NCBI GenBank assembly: GCA_964016885.1
Contig: OZ024745.1
Span: 26,040,001-26,104,000, forward strand
Direction: 5' to 3'
Origin: Eledone cirrhosa
Lineage: Eukaryota
DNA length: 64,000 bases
Shown here: one piece after another, positions 14,350 to 27,509 of the stretch
How the letters are laid out: every line of letters begins with the position of its first letter
Numbering within the stretch: position 1 is the first letter of the stretch
Translations under genes and position numbers: made by a program
The notes under the pieces: generated by a model
Seen by the model: the letters and a program-made list of their open reading frames with translations, nothing else
Databases searched by the model: none
What the model was told of the DNA's origin: nothing

Positions 14350-15135
14350 ATCTATCTATCTATCTAAGGCGGGTAAAATTCCCGAGATCCATGGACGAGT
14401 TCTCTCCAGCGGTCTCTGTCCCTCATTATCGCTGCCATATCCTGCATCTCCAACAGACCAGTGTCTGTCCTTAGGGCATCAACATATGTTAACCTTGGTC
14501 TTCCTCTTCTAGTGTGTCCATGTAGGGGCTCCCAAAGGAGCACTGAGTGCAATGTCAACTCTGGATGTCGGTGAGCATGTCCAGCCAACCTCAGTCCCCT
14601 CTGTGTCACTTTTGAGCTGACTTTTGGGATGCTCCCATACAGCTCTGCGTTTTTCATCCTCAGTGTATACTGATTAATGTTCAGAGCCATCCTCAGCATT
14701 CTCGTGTAGCACCCATCCACCATCTGAGTGAGTCTCTTGGTCAGTGTCCAAGTCTCAGACCCATACAGCAGCACAGACTCCACTACAGCAATGAAGAGGC
14801 GGATTTTCAGGTCTCTACGAAGGTCCGACTTCCACACCGATCTCAAGCTGTGACACGCCGCCCAGGCCTTGTTCTTCCTCTCAACCACATCATCTTCCGT
14901 ATTCCCAATCTTTGCTCCCAAATACAGGAAGTCCTCAACCAATTCCAGCGGCTTCCCGCCTACATTAGTGATCCCCTCTGGCTTCCCAACATTCTCTACA
15001 AGATATTTTGTTTTAGTCTCATTCATTCTCAGCCCCACACTCATCGACACAGTCTCAACCTCCCGCATCAAATCCTCTGCCTCCTTCACTGTATTTGTCA
15101 CCAAAACTATGTCGTCGGCAAATTCAGCATCCGAT
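14350..15135 (-). mobile_element. RTE-type LINE 3' part (RT from the FADD motif to stop), 5'-truncated
   Basis: Open frame [13 protein letters not shown]...[12 protein letters not shown]...FLYLGA...[10 protein letters not shown]...GRPRLTYVD...DRDRWR-stop, followed by an (ATAG)n tail. Confidence 0.9.
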
Positions 15136-15327
15136 ATACATATATATATATATATATGTATACATATACATATATATATATACATATATATATGTATATA
15201 TGTATACATATACATATATATATATACATATATATATACACATATACATATATATATACATATATATATATATACACATATATATACCCATATATACATA
15301 TACACACACATATATACACATATACAG

Positions 15328-15390
<63 letters not shown>

Positions 15391-15449
15391 CATACATACA
15401 TATACAAACACATATATATATATACTTATATATAAATATACACATAAAA

Positions 15450-15507
15450 ATCTATCTATCTAGGGTGGGTAAAATTCCCGAGATACATGAACGAGTTCTC
15501 TCTAGCG
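15450..15507 (-). mobile_element. Short 3'-end copy of the same RTE family
   Basis: TCTATCTATCTAGGGTGGGTAAAATTCCCGAGATACATGAACGAGTTCTCTC matches 14350-14410. Confidence 0.7.
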
Positions 15508-15729
15508 TGGGTTTTGGCCGTGTTAAAAAGGTTATAACAAGAAGATAGAAATATCAAAAAATTCAAAAGTTCCGCAATAGGGGGGAAACTTCCGAGGGTC
15601 ACTCGTGGCGAAAACCACACAAAATACCACAGCCACCCTGACGACCAGAGCAAGCGCCCTCTTTCAGTTTTCCACTTCTCAGTCTACAGGCGCACAATCA
15701 GAACGGGCCCGGTCAAACGCCGGAAATGA

Positions 15730-16262
15730 CCAGATGCTCGGCACCGCTCTAAAAGAAAATGAAGCAGTGACAGGAACAAAGTTAAACCAGGAAAAGTCGG
15801 TGGGCTTGCAGCTCGGCACCTGGGGAGGAAAGTCCATGCCCCCCCCCCCCCCGATAGCGTCGTGGGGCTCTGGACAGAAGGACCGGTTAAATTGCTCAGG
15901 GTCAGGGTCGGTCCGGACCTCCAGATGGAGAAAAACTGGAGCGAGGTGACAAACAGGGTGGCCTCTCTCACCCAGAAATGGGCTGAGAGGAAGCTGTCCC
16001 TGAAAGATCGGGCAGACGTGGCGAATGCGTTCATCGCATCCGTCATCTGCTCCCGTCTAGCTGTTGTGCCTTACCCCGGCCCAACTCTGACAAAAATGGA
16101 GCGCCTCCTCTTCCGCTTTTTATGGAAGGGACGTGCTCCCATGGTCAGTCGATCCATATGCTGTCAACACCCGTTGCGTGGAGGGCTGGGCATGCCGTGG
16201 CTGATGATGCGCAAACACGCGCTGAGGCTGCGACATCACCGGTGTTTCCTTGACGGTGCAAA
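15730..16262 (+). mobile_element. L1/Tx1-type LINE ORF2 fragment
   Basis: EAVTGTKLNQEKS...VKLL...KW..RKLSL..RA..AN...RFLWKG...HPLRGGLG.P motifs, frameshifted at a poly-C run; similar to the 2410-3000 family. Confidence 0.8.
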
Positions 16263-16382
16263 AATGAGGACACACACGCACAATTTCACTTTTATATGTA
16301 TGTATAGATATACATACATATACAAACACATATGCACATATATATATATACACATATACATATATATAAATATACACAAAAA

Positions 16383-16624
16383 TCTATCTATCTATCTATC
16401 TAGGGCGGGTAAAATTCCCGAGATCCATGGACGAGTTCTCTCAAGCGTTCTCTGTCCCTCATTATTGCTGCCATGTCCTACGTCTCCAACAGACCAGTGT
16501 CTGTTCTTAGGGCATCAACATATGTTAACTTCGGTCTTCTTCTTCCAGTGTGTTCATGTAGGGCCTCCCACAGGAGCACTGAGTGCAGTGTCAACTGTGG
16601 ATGTCGGTGAGCATGTCCAGTTGG
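16383..16624 (-). mobile_element. Third 3'-end copy of the RTE family
   Basis: Closely similar to 14350-14585, with the same (ATAG)n tail. Confidence 0.8.
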
Positions 16625-17442
16625 TGAGTTTTCAACAGGCACTCACAAATAAACGTTTCTCATTGGATGTGCTATTACCAATGTTCTTACCCGTGCAACG
16701 CCGGGATACACTGCTAGTACTATATATAAAGGCGGCGCATTGGAAGAGTCGTTACAACGTCGGATCAAATGCTTTGTAGTCTTTGTTCCGACTCCCTGCT
16801 CTCTTAGTTCATATCATGCCCAGGTCAAAATTGCCTTTCATCCATTTACACTCGATAAAAAGTACCAGTTTATTACTGAGGTCGATTCTTCCTCGATATC
16901 TCTTTCTCACTTCCTTTACCTCACTCTCTATACTTCTCTGTGTTATATAAATAATATAGACCTCATAAGTACTCTATCAGTCAAATTCTAACATTATATA
17001 ACCATAAAGGTTTGAGTCATATATAATATGCATAGATTACATAATCTAACTCAATTCCTTTTTCTTTCGAATTTTCCTTCACTTTTTTACATGTTTTTAG
17101 CTACAGCTTATTACATTAATTTTACTGCTATATAGATTTGTATGTAATAACAAGTATATGTATCAAAAACTAATCTTAATGTATTTTTAAATGCTAACTA
17201 CATTTAAATTTCTAATTATCTATCTTACTAAGTATATTGTTGTACACAACATGAGCTAGAAAGTTTTAGAAAAGAACTGACGGAGTTATTCAGATAAATA
17301 GGCTTCAGAATTATAGTTAATACTAAACATAAAAGAGATAATATTCTACATTATCTTAAATAACGAAATGAAGACTTTATACCTTTACCAAGCCTTGTGT
17401 TTAAACTAGAAATCATTACTATATCCAGATAGATAGCGGTTA

Positions 17443-20400
17443 ATTGGCAGTATCAGTAGAGCATCGGACATGTTTCGTGGCATACAGTTGCAGCCCTTTA
17501 TGTTCTGAGTTCAAATCCTGTCGATTTTAGTTTAGCAGAGTTATATTTAGAGAGTTGTAATGTTGCCACGAGGAACCATCTTTGGTAGAAAGATATGATA
17601 GGAATATCGACAACGACTTTAGCTTGTTTTTACATAATTTATTAACAAAGGTTAAGAAGTGAATTAAGTTGGCATGCCAAGTATAAGGAAATAATTCAAT
17701 TAAGATTACAAGAGAAAATACGGTCGACTGGCTGAGGCGTTTGGCCAGGTCCGTAGTAAAATTGTTATGTCGTTACATATTGTTTCTGCTTACGGAGCAA
17801 AAGAACAAGTGGTGTTTTACCTTAGCGTGGTCGAGCTGCAAGAGTGAGATTCCTCAAATCTTTGCGGGCTATTTCTCCCTCAGGACGCGTAGGGATACAT
17901 CCTCTTCTCCTGGCGCTGATTGGCTGAGCTGAACCAAATCACGCACAGAGAATGTATGTGAGCCCGCGGATTGTAGGTCACTACAATACCCCCTTCTAGA
18001 CGAAAGTCGATACATATTATTGAATCAGCAAGAACAAATGCTGAAAGAGCACATCAGTGAAAAAAATAATTGAGCAGAAGGATGCACGCAAGAAAGAAAA
18101 TGAGGCGCTACGGGCCGTGTTGAGCCGCTGTCAAATGACTAGCCGTTTTGTAGTTTATACGTGACCACCAAAGGTCTAACAGAAAACGGATAAAGTCTGA
18201 CATGGGCGAAGTTGCTGTTCTTGCATTAAATGTTAATGGTAAGTGTTGTACCAGTAGCTGTGGACGAAGCTATTATGTTAGTTTACCAGTGCTGGCAAGA
18301 AGATGATGGGTAGGCGAGAAAATGTTGGCCTCCCCGATGTATTGCCGAATGTGCTAGGGAGCCAGGAAAAAATGGCTGGTTGCTTTGATAAGAAAAAAAG
18401 GCAGGCTGAATCTGTAGGTGGGTTGCAGTCCCACAATTCGGGCGAATCCACAGAAGTGGTGGAAATGCTGACAAGTCCAGTTCTATTTGTTGTTTTCCCG
18501 GTGAGTTGGGTAAGACAACAAGATAGAGGTCGTTATGGACGATGAATGTGCAAAGAGATGCGAAACTGTTTGAGTTCAGCTGCAATTAGCATTCTCGTGT
18601 TGCGGTGCAGGTGAATTAAGCTGCAAGTGTCGATAGCATGTTTTGGTACCTCCAGAAGGTGAAAAGGGATCTCGCAGAATATTACGACGCTTGAAGATCA
18701 CATACCATAGACAACAACATGTTGGTGTGTGTATATATGCAGGCATGTAATACAGCAAAGAAAATGTGTGCGTGCGGTCACATATACAATGATAGAGAGA
18801 AATGAATTTTCATATAATACAGTTAAAAAAAAAAAAAAAATAAATGTCCAAAATAAATGCCTGAAAAAAAAAGGAAGAAAGAAAGACTTGTTTCTTTTCT
18901 TTTAACAAAAAGTTCGTTTCTTTTTTTCTTTGGGAACGCTCTTACTAGGGAGCTAGTAGAGTTGTTGTTGTTGTTAAAGCAAAGTCACAATGAATCTTCT
19001 GTAGAGTAGAAGTCGAGCGTTGAAGAACCTAGAGTCACCAACATGGCAGCCACGTCTGACGCCATAATGGTGAGAAAACTACTGTCTTAATTTCTCGAGT
19101 CCTTGTGGTAACGAGACAGAAGGTATGGTGGTCGCGTCGGTAAAGTTACAAGCCGTTCCCTGGCGTTGGTTAATAGTTAGCCATGTGTTGCTGCTGATGG
19201 CTGGTACTTGGTGGTAGCCGTTTTGAAATTTCCTCGTGGCGTAAAGTTTTTGAAATACTGCTAATTTTTTTCTAAAAATATCCTAAAGAAAATTTAAATA
19301 ATAAAAAAAATTATTTTCCATGAAAATTATTCGGCAAGAAAATCCCAAGATGCCCGATCGAAAAATGTGTCCGTGATGAAGAAGCCGTCATGTGGCACGA
19401 TGCAGCCAATCAGATTGCTGGGATTGCAGAAGACAAGCTGTACGCGGGAAAACAACATTTTTGAGTCTCCATTTTGTAACTTTAACAGAAGTTTGAAAGC
19501 AAAATTCTATATCCAGAGAAATCCTTTTATTTTTTTTTTGTTTCTATCAAACTATGCTTGCAAGGCAAGTTGTTCTTAGTCGGTGGTCACCGTACTCATT
19601 TTATCAATAATTGAAATATACCAAACCACCTCAACCGGATAGAAGACATCGCATAATTTTCAATCCAAAAGAGAAATTTTTTGTTAGTCGTCGAAAAAAC
19701 TCTTTCTTTTGTGTTGTATTTTTGTGTTCGTCTGTATGCATGAGTCACTAGTGTTACCATGAAAGTTATGACAGAAACATTGTGCAGGCCGCGTGCTTCA
19801 ACAAATGGAATATTATGCATTTTATGGACTTACGCTAAGGGAGTCTAGCTACCCGATTCGAACATTCCAAATGTTAAGCCACTCCACATAGCCATTAAAA
19901 CGAATGGCGAATTCAAATAGGTTGCGTTTTCATACTTAATCGTCGAAGGTCACCAATTTAGCGGAGAGTTATATTTAGAGAGTTGTAATGTTGCCACGAG
20001 GAACCATCTTTGGTAGAAAGATATGATAGGAATATCGACAACGACTTTAGCTTGTTTTTACATAATTTATTAACAAAGGTTAAGAAGTGAATTAAGTTGG
20101 CATGCCAAGTATAAGGAAATAATTCAATTAAGATTACAAGAGAAAATACGGTCGACTGGCTGAGGCGTTTGGCCAGGTCCGTAGTAAAATTGTTGTGTCG
20201 TTACATATTGTTTCTGCTTACGGAGCAAAAGAACAAGTGGTGTTTTACCTTAGCGTGGTCGAGCTGCAAGAGTGAGATTCCTCAAATCTTTGCGGGCTAT
20301 TTCTCCCTCAGGACGCGTAGAGATACATCCTCTTCTCCTGGCGCTGATTGGCTGAACTGAACCAAATCACGCACAGAGAATGTATGTGAGCCCGCGGATT

Positions 20401-20540
20401 GTAGGTCACTACAATAGCTTTGCCTTTCATCCTTACGAGGTCCATAATATAGAGCAACAGTAATGGGCTGGAGCCGAATTAATCGTCTTACCCCTTGCCT
20501 TCAAATTGCTGACCTTGTGCCAAACCTAGAAACAATTATC
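17443..20540 (+). mobile_element. Nin-domain SINE split by the LTR element (17443-17530 and 20414-20540)
   Basis: TTGGCAGTATCAGTAGAG...GAGTTCAAATCC precedes the LTR; CTTTGCCTTTCATCCTTACGAGG...GACCTTGTGCC resumes after it. Confidence 0.8.
17531..20413 (-). mobile_element. Young non-autonomous LTR retroelement (Gypsy-like signals), inserted into a SINE
   Basis: Near-identical LTRs at 19957-20413 and 17531-17985 (I see 3 substitutions and a 2-nt indel), starting TGTAG on the minus strand. PBS TGGTGACCTTCGACG (19955-19941, resembles the tRNA-Trp 3' complement); PPT AGAAGGGGGTAT before the 3' LTR; 4-bp TSD TTAG/ATAG. The ~1.97-kb interior has no long ORF. Confidence 0.9.
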
Positions 20541-20699
20541 ATGACCAGGTATTTAGAAATAGTGGCATAGATATAAAATGCAATGCCTGGTTTCTCTTTA
20601 ATATTCCCAAGTGTAAAACAGACCAAAAAATATTTTACGGCATATTCAAGTTTTTAGTTTATACGTCCATACATATATCACAAGATGCATGTCCTAATA

Positions 20700-20960
20700 G
20701 TAGGTGTGTTGGACTTACAAACATTATGTCATGGGTTCGATTCCTAGACTGGGTTGTGTGTTTTGTTCTTAAGCAAAACACTTTATTTCACGTTACTCCA
20801 GTATACTCAGCTGAAAATGAGTACCAACAATAGCTTGGATTTGACACTTCGATGGACTGGCGTTCTGTCCTCAGGAAAGTCTTCTACTCTAAGTCACTTC
20901 ACGCGAATCAGGATAAGTACCTGCCTGATGAGCCTCTGGTCTCGAGACAGACTTTTAGAC
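20700..20960 (+). mobile_element. Second tRNA-derived SINE family (V-domain-like core)
   Basis: B-box GGGTTCGATTCC followed by TTCTTAAGCAAAACACTTTATTTCACGTTACTCCAG..ACTCAGCTG. A related inverted copy lies at about 63215-63345. Confidence 0.55.
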
Positions 20961-21559
20961 ATATATCTTTAGAGAACTCTTAAATATATTCTGTTTCCCC
21001 ATAAATCAAAAACACTAAAATATCTTTATTAGAAATGTGATTAAAATAAGTTATTATTGGAGTAAAAATGTTGTTAGCCCCATTAATTGGTTTCCGGAAA
21101 CGTTCCAAGTACTGTAATATAAATAACGATAATATAGTTTCTTTTATTAAGTGGAAATTGTACCACTCCAAGCAATTTCCCCATTATGACAATTGTCTTT
21201 CGAAAGCTCTAATATATGGTACTCAAACTGAAACCGACAATATTACTGCCTGCTTTAAGGGTTGTCTTTATCAACATATTCATACGTTAAAGAATACCGA
21301 AAAAACATTTTCCACAAGCCTCTCCGGATATATTTATCTTTTCTTTAAAGAAATAGGTTCCCTCACACTTAAAATTCAATAGCTGTTCTTGGAACAGCGA
21401 ACCACTTTAACTGTAGTAACACACTTGTATATATAGCATGGCGGCACAATAAAACTGATCGCATTTTTTTTTTTTTTTTTTTTACATTATTAATTTTTTT
21501 AAGAAAAATGACGAACCTCCGAATATATTTTAAACCATTAAAAGTAACATAAACAATTC

Positions 21560-22030
21560 TTTATCTTTAATGTGTTTGCCCAGTGTTACAGCACATGTTT
21601 CACCTGATTGCCATTTGAATCCATGCATTTTTGAGCCGCATGGTGAAGCTTAGCATAACGTCTTTTCTATCAGACCTAGCGATGGCTCCGATGTTTTTGT
21701 TTTTTTTTAGTTCAGTAATGGCCTTGGGTTTGTTGACATATAGAGATAGCCCCCAAAGAAAGATATCTGGTGTACTTAAATCAGTGCTGTAAGGGAACCT
21801 CACAACATTTTCAAACTCATTACACGATTTCCAAAATTATTTTTCAATTATTCTCGTGAGTCATTGGAAAGGTGAGAGCTTGCTCCGTTTTGCTGGTTCC
21901 AGAAATTATTCATTAGAGATGGGTATATTATTTGCAGTTCTTTTTAAAAGTCTTCCAGTACCTCAAAATAGCGTTTCTTGGTGGCTGTAGTACTAACACC
22001 ATTCTCTTCGAAGACAAATTCACTAATCAA
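21560..22030 (-). mobile_element. Tc1/mariner transposase C-terminal remnant
   Basis: PYSTDLSTPDIFLWG..YVNKPKAITELK resembles the SPDL.P.D..LWG motif; degraded. Confidence 0.65.
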
Positions 22031-22220
22031 CCATCTCCCAGAAATGGCAGCCTAGACGTTACATTTAGGAAGAAATGACAACCAGACAGAGCCAGCCGCC
22101 ACAATTCCAGTGAGTTGTCAAGAGATATATATCTACTTCTTTTTTTTTTCCCATCATTGTCAAGCGTGAAACTAATAAGACTATGTTTACACATCTCTGT
22201 GTCAGTCTCCTTTGCTCTTG

Positions 22221-22254
<34 letters not shown>

Positions 22255-22256
<2 letters not shown>

Positions 22257-22437
22257 CGAAGGAAATGTGGTAAGGAACCAGGTGGACCATAACGCACCAA
22301 AGTACTCAATACTTGAGGTAGTAGAGTGGGTAATAGGAACCAGTAAGACCCCGACAGCTGAGCTCAAGCCGTTTCGACGGCTAATTCTGGACTTAGCCGT
22401 CGAAACGGCTTGAGCTCAGCTGTCGGGGTCTTACTGG

Positions 22438-22440
<3 letters not shown>
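22255..22440 (-). mobile_element. Family A Penelope-like pseudo-LTR remnant with inverted copy, in (TA)n
   Basis: Inverted arms GAACCAGTAAGACCCCGACAGCTGAGCTCAAGCCGTTTCGACGGCTAA and its complement, plus the family A tail; (TA)n on both sides. Confidence 0.65.
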
Positions 22441-22489
<49 letters not shown>

Positions 22490-22560
22490 CGCACTCTATA
22501 TTTGTGCAATTTGTCTAGGTTTGAACAAAACCGATTTTGTTTAAATAAATAAATAAATAT

Positions 22561-22641
<81 letters not shown>

Positions 22642-22725
22642 ATATATATACATATATATTTATATATGCATACATATATATATGTATATATATATACATA
22701 CATATATACATATATACATACATAT

Positions 22726-22771
<46 letters not shown>

Positions 22772-23270
22772 TTATTTATTTATGTGTGTATGTGTGTGTG
22801 CGTGTGTGTGTGTGTGTGTGTATCTAGACAAAAAAATGTAGGTATACAGACATTCAACAGAACACTCAAGAGAAGCTATTGACTAACAAAGAAGAAAAAC
22901 AGACATATTTCCGCACAGATGTAATCACTTAGGATATAAACAATTTTCTCCAGAAATAGAGAGAAATATTGAGAGAGGGGATGGTTGAGTGAGTGAGAGG
23001 GGGAGTGATTGAGTGAGTGAGTGAGAGGGTGGAGTCAGAAAGAGACAGGAGGTGAAAGGGTGAGAGACTAATTGAAAAGAAGAAAGAGGTCGAGATATGT
23101 GTGACGAGTGAGAATAAAAGGAAAGGAGAGGAACTGTATCTAGGTAAAGGACTTTTCCAAATACGGAAATACAAACACTTATGCAAGGTCATTGTTATTA
23201 TTTATATTTTATAATAATAAAATGGCCAAAAATTTTCTGAAAAATACGCGCTCATTATTTATGGTAAAGG

Positions 23271-23662
23271 ACGGTGGATTGGCAGTATCGGTAGAGGGTC
23301 GGACGCTATGCTTTAACGCATAGAGTTACGGCCCTTGCCATTCTGAGTTCGAATCCCGCCGAGGTTAACTTTGCCTTTCAACCTTACGGGGTCGATAAAA
23401 TAAAGTACCAGTAATGCACTGGGTAATTGCTGGCCTTGTGCCAAAAGTAGAAACAATTATTTATGGTAAAGGGGGTGGATTGGCAGTATCGGTAGAGGGT
23501 CAGACACCATGCTTTGCACCAAAGAGTTACGTCCCTTTATGTTCAGAGTTCAAATCCCGCCGAGGTTAACTTTGCCTTTCATCCTTACGGGGTCGATAAA
23601 ATAAAGTACCCGTAATACACTGGGATAATTGCTGGCCTTGTGCCAAAAGTAAAAACAATTAT
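23271..23662 (+). mobile_element. Tandem pair of Nin-domain SINEs
   Basis: Two full copies, each preceded and followed by ATTATTTATGGT. Confidence 0.9.
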
Positions 23663-23736
23663 TTATGGTTTACGTTCAGTTTTACTTACACCCACACACA
23701 CAAACACACGCACGCACACACACGCACACACACACA

Positions 23737-23799
<63 letters not shown>

Positions 23800-23808
23800 A
23801 CAGACACA

Positions 23809-23881
<73 letters not shown>

Positions 23882-23968
23882 GTAAAAGGTAAACAGAAAT
23901 AACAACACGATCGGTACAGTATATGGAAGGGATATATTAGGTTAACGCTTGATATAGCAGGAAGAGGG

Positions 23969-24004
23969 TCTTAATGTTTCGGACGCTAGTCCTTCATCAG
24001 AAGA
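23969..24004 (-). ncRNA. Minimal type I hammerhead ribozyme motif (Penelope-like pLTR, element about 23880-24330)
   Basis: Minus strand: TCTT-CTGATGA-A-GGAC-TAGC-GTCC-GAAA-CA-T-T-AAGA. Helix I and stem II pair; stem III is loopless with one mismatch (CG>CA). Confidence 0.75.
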
Positions 24005-24589
24005 AAGAATGATAAATAAGATAGATTGAGGGGACGGGTGGGTTGGAATTGGAAAAAATGTCTTTAGATAAAAATAACAGGTCCATTCTAGCGATGCGAG
24101 CCTTTTTGAAACTATCATATAATAGACATCACATCACCCTGTCTGTTTTCCTCTATTCTCCCTTCTTATCCTTTCTACATCTCAGAGTCCTTCTTTGTCT
24201 GCACGTTGGACAACAATCCTTATTCTCTTCTGTTTTACTATTTCTCTCCCTTCTATATTTTTCTCCTTTGGCTAACCCCTTGCGCACTTATGTAATTTGT
24301 CTAGGTTTGGACACAACCGATTTCGTTTAGAGAAAGAGAGCGGGAGAGGGGAGTGCGTGTGTAAGAAGAAGTGCAAAAGAAATATAGAGAAAGAATCGAC
24401 CCTCAGTACTTGACTGGTATTTCATTTATCGATCTCGAAAGGGTAAAAGGGTTGAACTCAGAGCACCGAGAGACAGAACAAATACGAGAAAACCCTTTTA
24501 TCCACGTACTAACAACTCTGCCATTTCACTGATACTGTAATTAATATATTTGTATAGTGAAATCTATTTTGGTGTTTATCAATACATTC

Positions 24590-24680
24590 GTAAAAGGGTC
24601 GGCTGAAAATTTCATAGGCTGAGCAAGATACTCTCGTGGAATGTGCAAATGAGGTTTATTTATCAACATAGTCCCTAGTA
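24590..24680. mobile_element. Mariner-type TIR fragment
   Basis: AGGGTCGGCTGAAAATTTCATAGGCTGA...CAACATAGTCCC matches the TIR end at 31642-31730. Confidence 0.6.
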
Positions 24681-24879
24681 TCACTCGCTCAAAGTCAGTC
24701 TATCTACTTTCGGCCCACCTTCGAACTACTGCTACTACTACCACCACCACCACCACTACCACCACCATAACCACCACCACTACTGCTACTACCCCCCCCC
24801 CACTACTATTACTATTCCCACCACTACTACTACTACTACTACAACCACCAACGCCACCACCAACACCACCAACGCCACC

Positions 24880-24980
<101 letters not shown>

Positions 24981-25196
24981 CACCACCACCACCACTACTG
25001 CTGGTGGTTTTGCAATATCTATTACTGTGTTTATAATTGTTGCTGATGTTGTTCTTACTGTCAATTGTGGTATATATTATTATGGTGTTGCATCTTAATG
25101 TATTTTCCATACAACGTAGGAAAGTGTCAACTACTAATGGCACACTTCTGTTTTAATTTGACTTTCTAAACATACAGCTTTACACATACAGAAACC

Positions 25197-25254
<58 letters not shown>

Positions 25255-25383
25255 AACACACACATCTGGGCACACCTACTCGCTTTCTCACATATAAACA
25301 CTTTCCACCTCGCACACATAAAAGCACACAAAATGTTCTCTCTCTCTCTCTCTCTCTCTCTTTATATATATATATATATAGAA

Positions 25384-25416
<33 letters not shown>

Positions 25417-25643
25417 TAGCTAGATAGCTAGATAGATAGATAGATAGATACATACATACATACATACAAAAGCATGAATATATACACACATGTATATGTA
25501 CAAATATTTATGCATGTACATAAACATTTGGACATTCATACTTACGTGTGGGCGTGCACACACATACACACATACATGCACACGCATATAAACATACATT
25601 ACATACATGCAATCATTTATGCATACATACATATATAGATACA

Positions 25644-25724
<81 letters not shown>

Positions 25725-25733
25725 GCATTTATG

Positions 25734-25788
<55 letters not shown>

Positions 25789-25797
25789 GCATTTATG

Positions 25798-25837
<40 letters not shown>

Positions 25838-26267
25838 AAGCCAACAACTTAGATAGTTATCATTCTACAAGGACAACTGCTTCACCCAAAGGAATGCCAT
25901 AATGACGTTTGAAAATAAAAAGGATTGATTTCAATGACATAGTGTTGTAATTAGATCAGAATTTTCTGAGACATATGGTACCCATTGCTAAAGATCTACC
26001 ACGGTGTCCCTGTGAATTCAAAAAACAAGGATCGCAAATATTCTACAACAATCTCCCTTATATGCGAGTAAAATGTATCTATAAATGCATGAATTCGTGG
26101 AGTGACGATGCTTTCTTTCAATATGTTCTGTCTTAAGAGAACTTATTTCCATATACGAAGATGATCACGACTGTTGTCAATGATTATGACACTGCTGCTG
26201 CTGATGATGATGATGTTAGAAATTGTAAACAGAAAAGTAAGCATGGGTAGGAACGTGCGTTATTATA

Positions 26268-26522
26268 GTGGATTGGCAGTATCGGTAGAGTCGGACGCCA
26301 TGCTTTCCAGCATAGTTACGTCCCTTTACGATCTGAGTTCAAATCCCGCCGAGGTTGACTTTGCCTTTCATCCTTACGGGGTCGATAAAATAAAGTACCA
26401 GTAATGCACTGGGTAATTGCTGGCCTTGTGCCTAAAGTAGAAACAATTATATGAATGTTTTAAATAATTGTTTCTACTTTTGGCACAAGGCCAGCAATTA
26501 TTCCAGTGTATTACTGGTACTT
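26268..26522 (+). mobile_element. Nin-domain SINE followed by an inverted partial 3' end
   Basis: Full consensus at 26268-26449; reverse-complement 3' segment at about 26465-26522. Confidence 0.8.
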
Positions 26523-27019
26523 TGTATGTGTGTATGTGTATGTGTATGCGTGTTTTAAATAATACAAAAGAACGTAAAATAAACATAATTTAAACTTTAT
26601 AGAAACAATACCCGATCAAACAAAAAGGTAGACAGAAAGAAAGAAAGGTAGACAGAAAGAAAGAAAAAATCCAAATAAATTCTAAATATGCACAAAAATA
26701 ACTCATAGAAAAGCCATCATTGATAATATAGTTGCAATACTTATGTAAAACATATGGGATTTTTTATTAGAGTTCAGTCGTTTTAACTCGTAAATCATTC
26801 CCTAACGCAATTAGAGCCACTAGGCACTAAATTACATGCACTTCATTGTTGTAGCTTTGTGGCGTTCATTGTGATGTGATTTTTTACAGGTTTCGTTTCG
26901 TTTGAGTCAATGATGTAATCGGCTGAATGTTTCCTGACGATAACCTCACCGAATGAAACGGATCTAGTTTTGTACGAGTTAACTCTCAATGGAATCAAAT
27001 AAATACTTCTCTACTTGAT

Positions 27020-27177
27020 CAGGGCCGTCTTAACGCATGGGCACGCTGGGAAGTTGCCCGGGGGCCCCACGAGGATAGGGGGCCCATTTGTATTTTTATT
27101 CCTATGAGTGGTTGTGAAGGTAGGGGCCCCAGTGCTCTGCTTTGCCCGGGGGCCTATAATGCTGTTAAGACGGCTTG
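27020..27177. mobile_element. MITE (hAT-like CAGGG TIRs)
   Basis: CAGGGCCGTCTTAAC...GTTAAGACGGCTTG termini with internal GGGGCCC repeats; TSD not evident. Confidence 0.7.
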
Positions 27178-27472
27178 CAATCATAGTTTCGTTTTTCACA
27201 GAATATAACATACATTTTATGGAAATAAAGGACTTCATAGAAAGAGTTGCTGAAAGTGTGTAATCAATTTACTTTGTTGTGTAGTCAAAATTCAGGTAAA
27301 TTTAAGTTGAAAGTTACGACAAAACGAAATGTCGAGTTAATTCTGAAGAACTAAAAGCAATAAATGTGTTTAGTGAAATATAAATTTATGTAGATTAAAG
27401 GAAATACAAATGATATACGTGTGTATAAAGCTATTGCAGGAGTGGTGGAAGGAGTTTTTGAATTGGTGTGTA

Positions 27473-27509
<37 letters not shown>

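Larger units (their letters stand above)
14040..16717 (+). mobile_element. Probable non-autonomous Helitron containing nested LINE fragments
   Basis: 5' A|TCTATCTATATATAAAA at 14040. 3' subterminal GC hairpin CCCGTGCAACGCCGGG (16690-16705) followed by CTAG|T at 16714-16718. That both ends belong to one element is inference. Confidence 0.5.

Noticed and set aside
17741-17932. Duplicated 63-aa ORF (also 20169-20360)
   Set aside because: Lies antisense within the two LTRs, has no recognisable motif, and starts at TTG.
20924-20950. CTGATGA followed by a short hairpin
   Set aside because: No GAAA/stem III; part of a SINE 3' region.
23271-23360. tRNA genes
   Set aside because: A/B boxes belong to SINE heads; no cloverleaf, and always followed by the SINE body.
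26930-26970. Hammerhead-like CTGACGA...GAAAC
   Set aside because: No convincing stem II, stem III or helix I.
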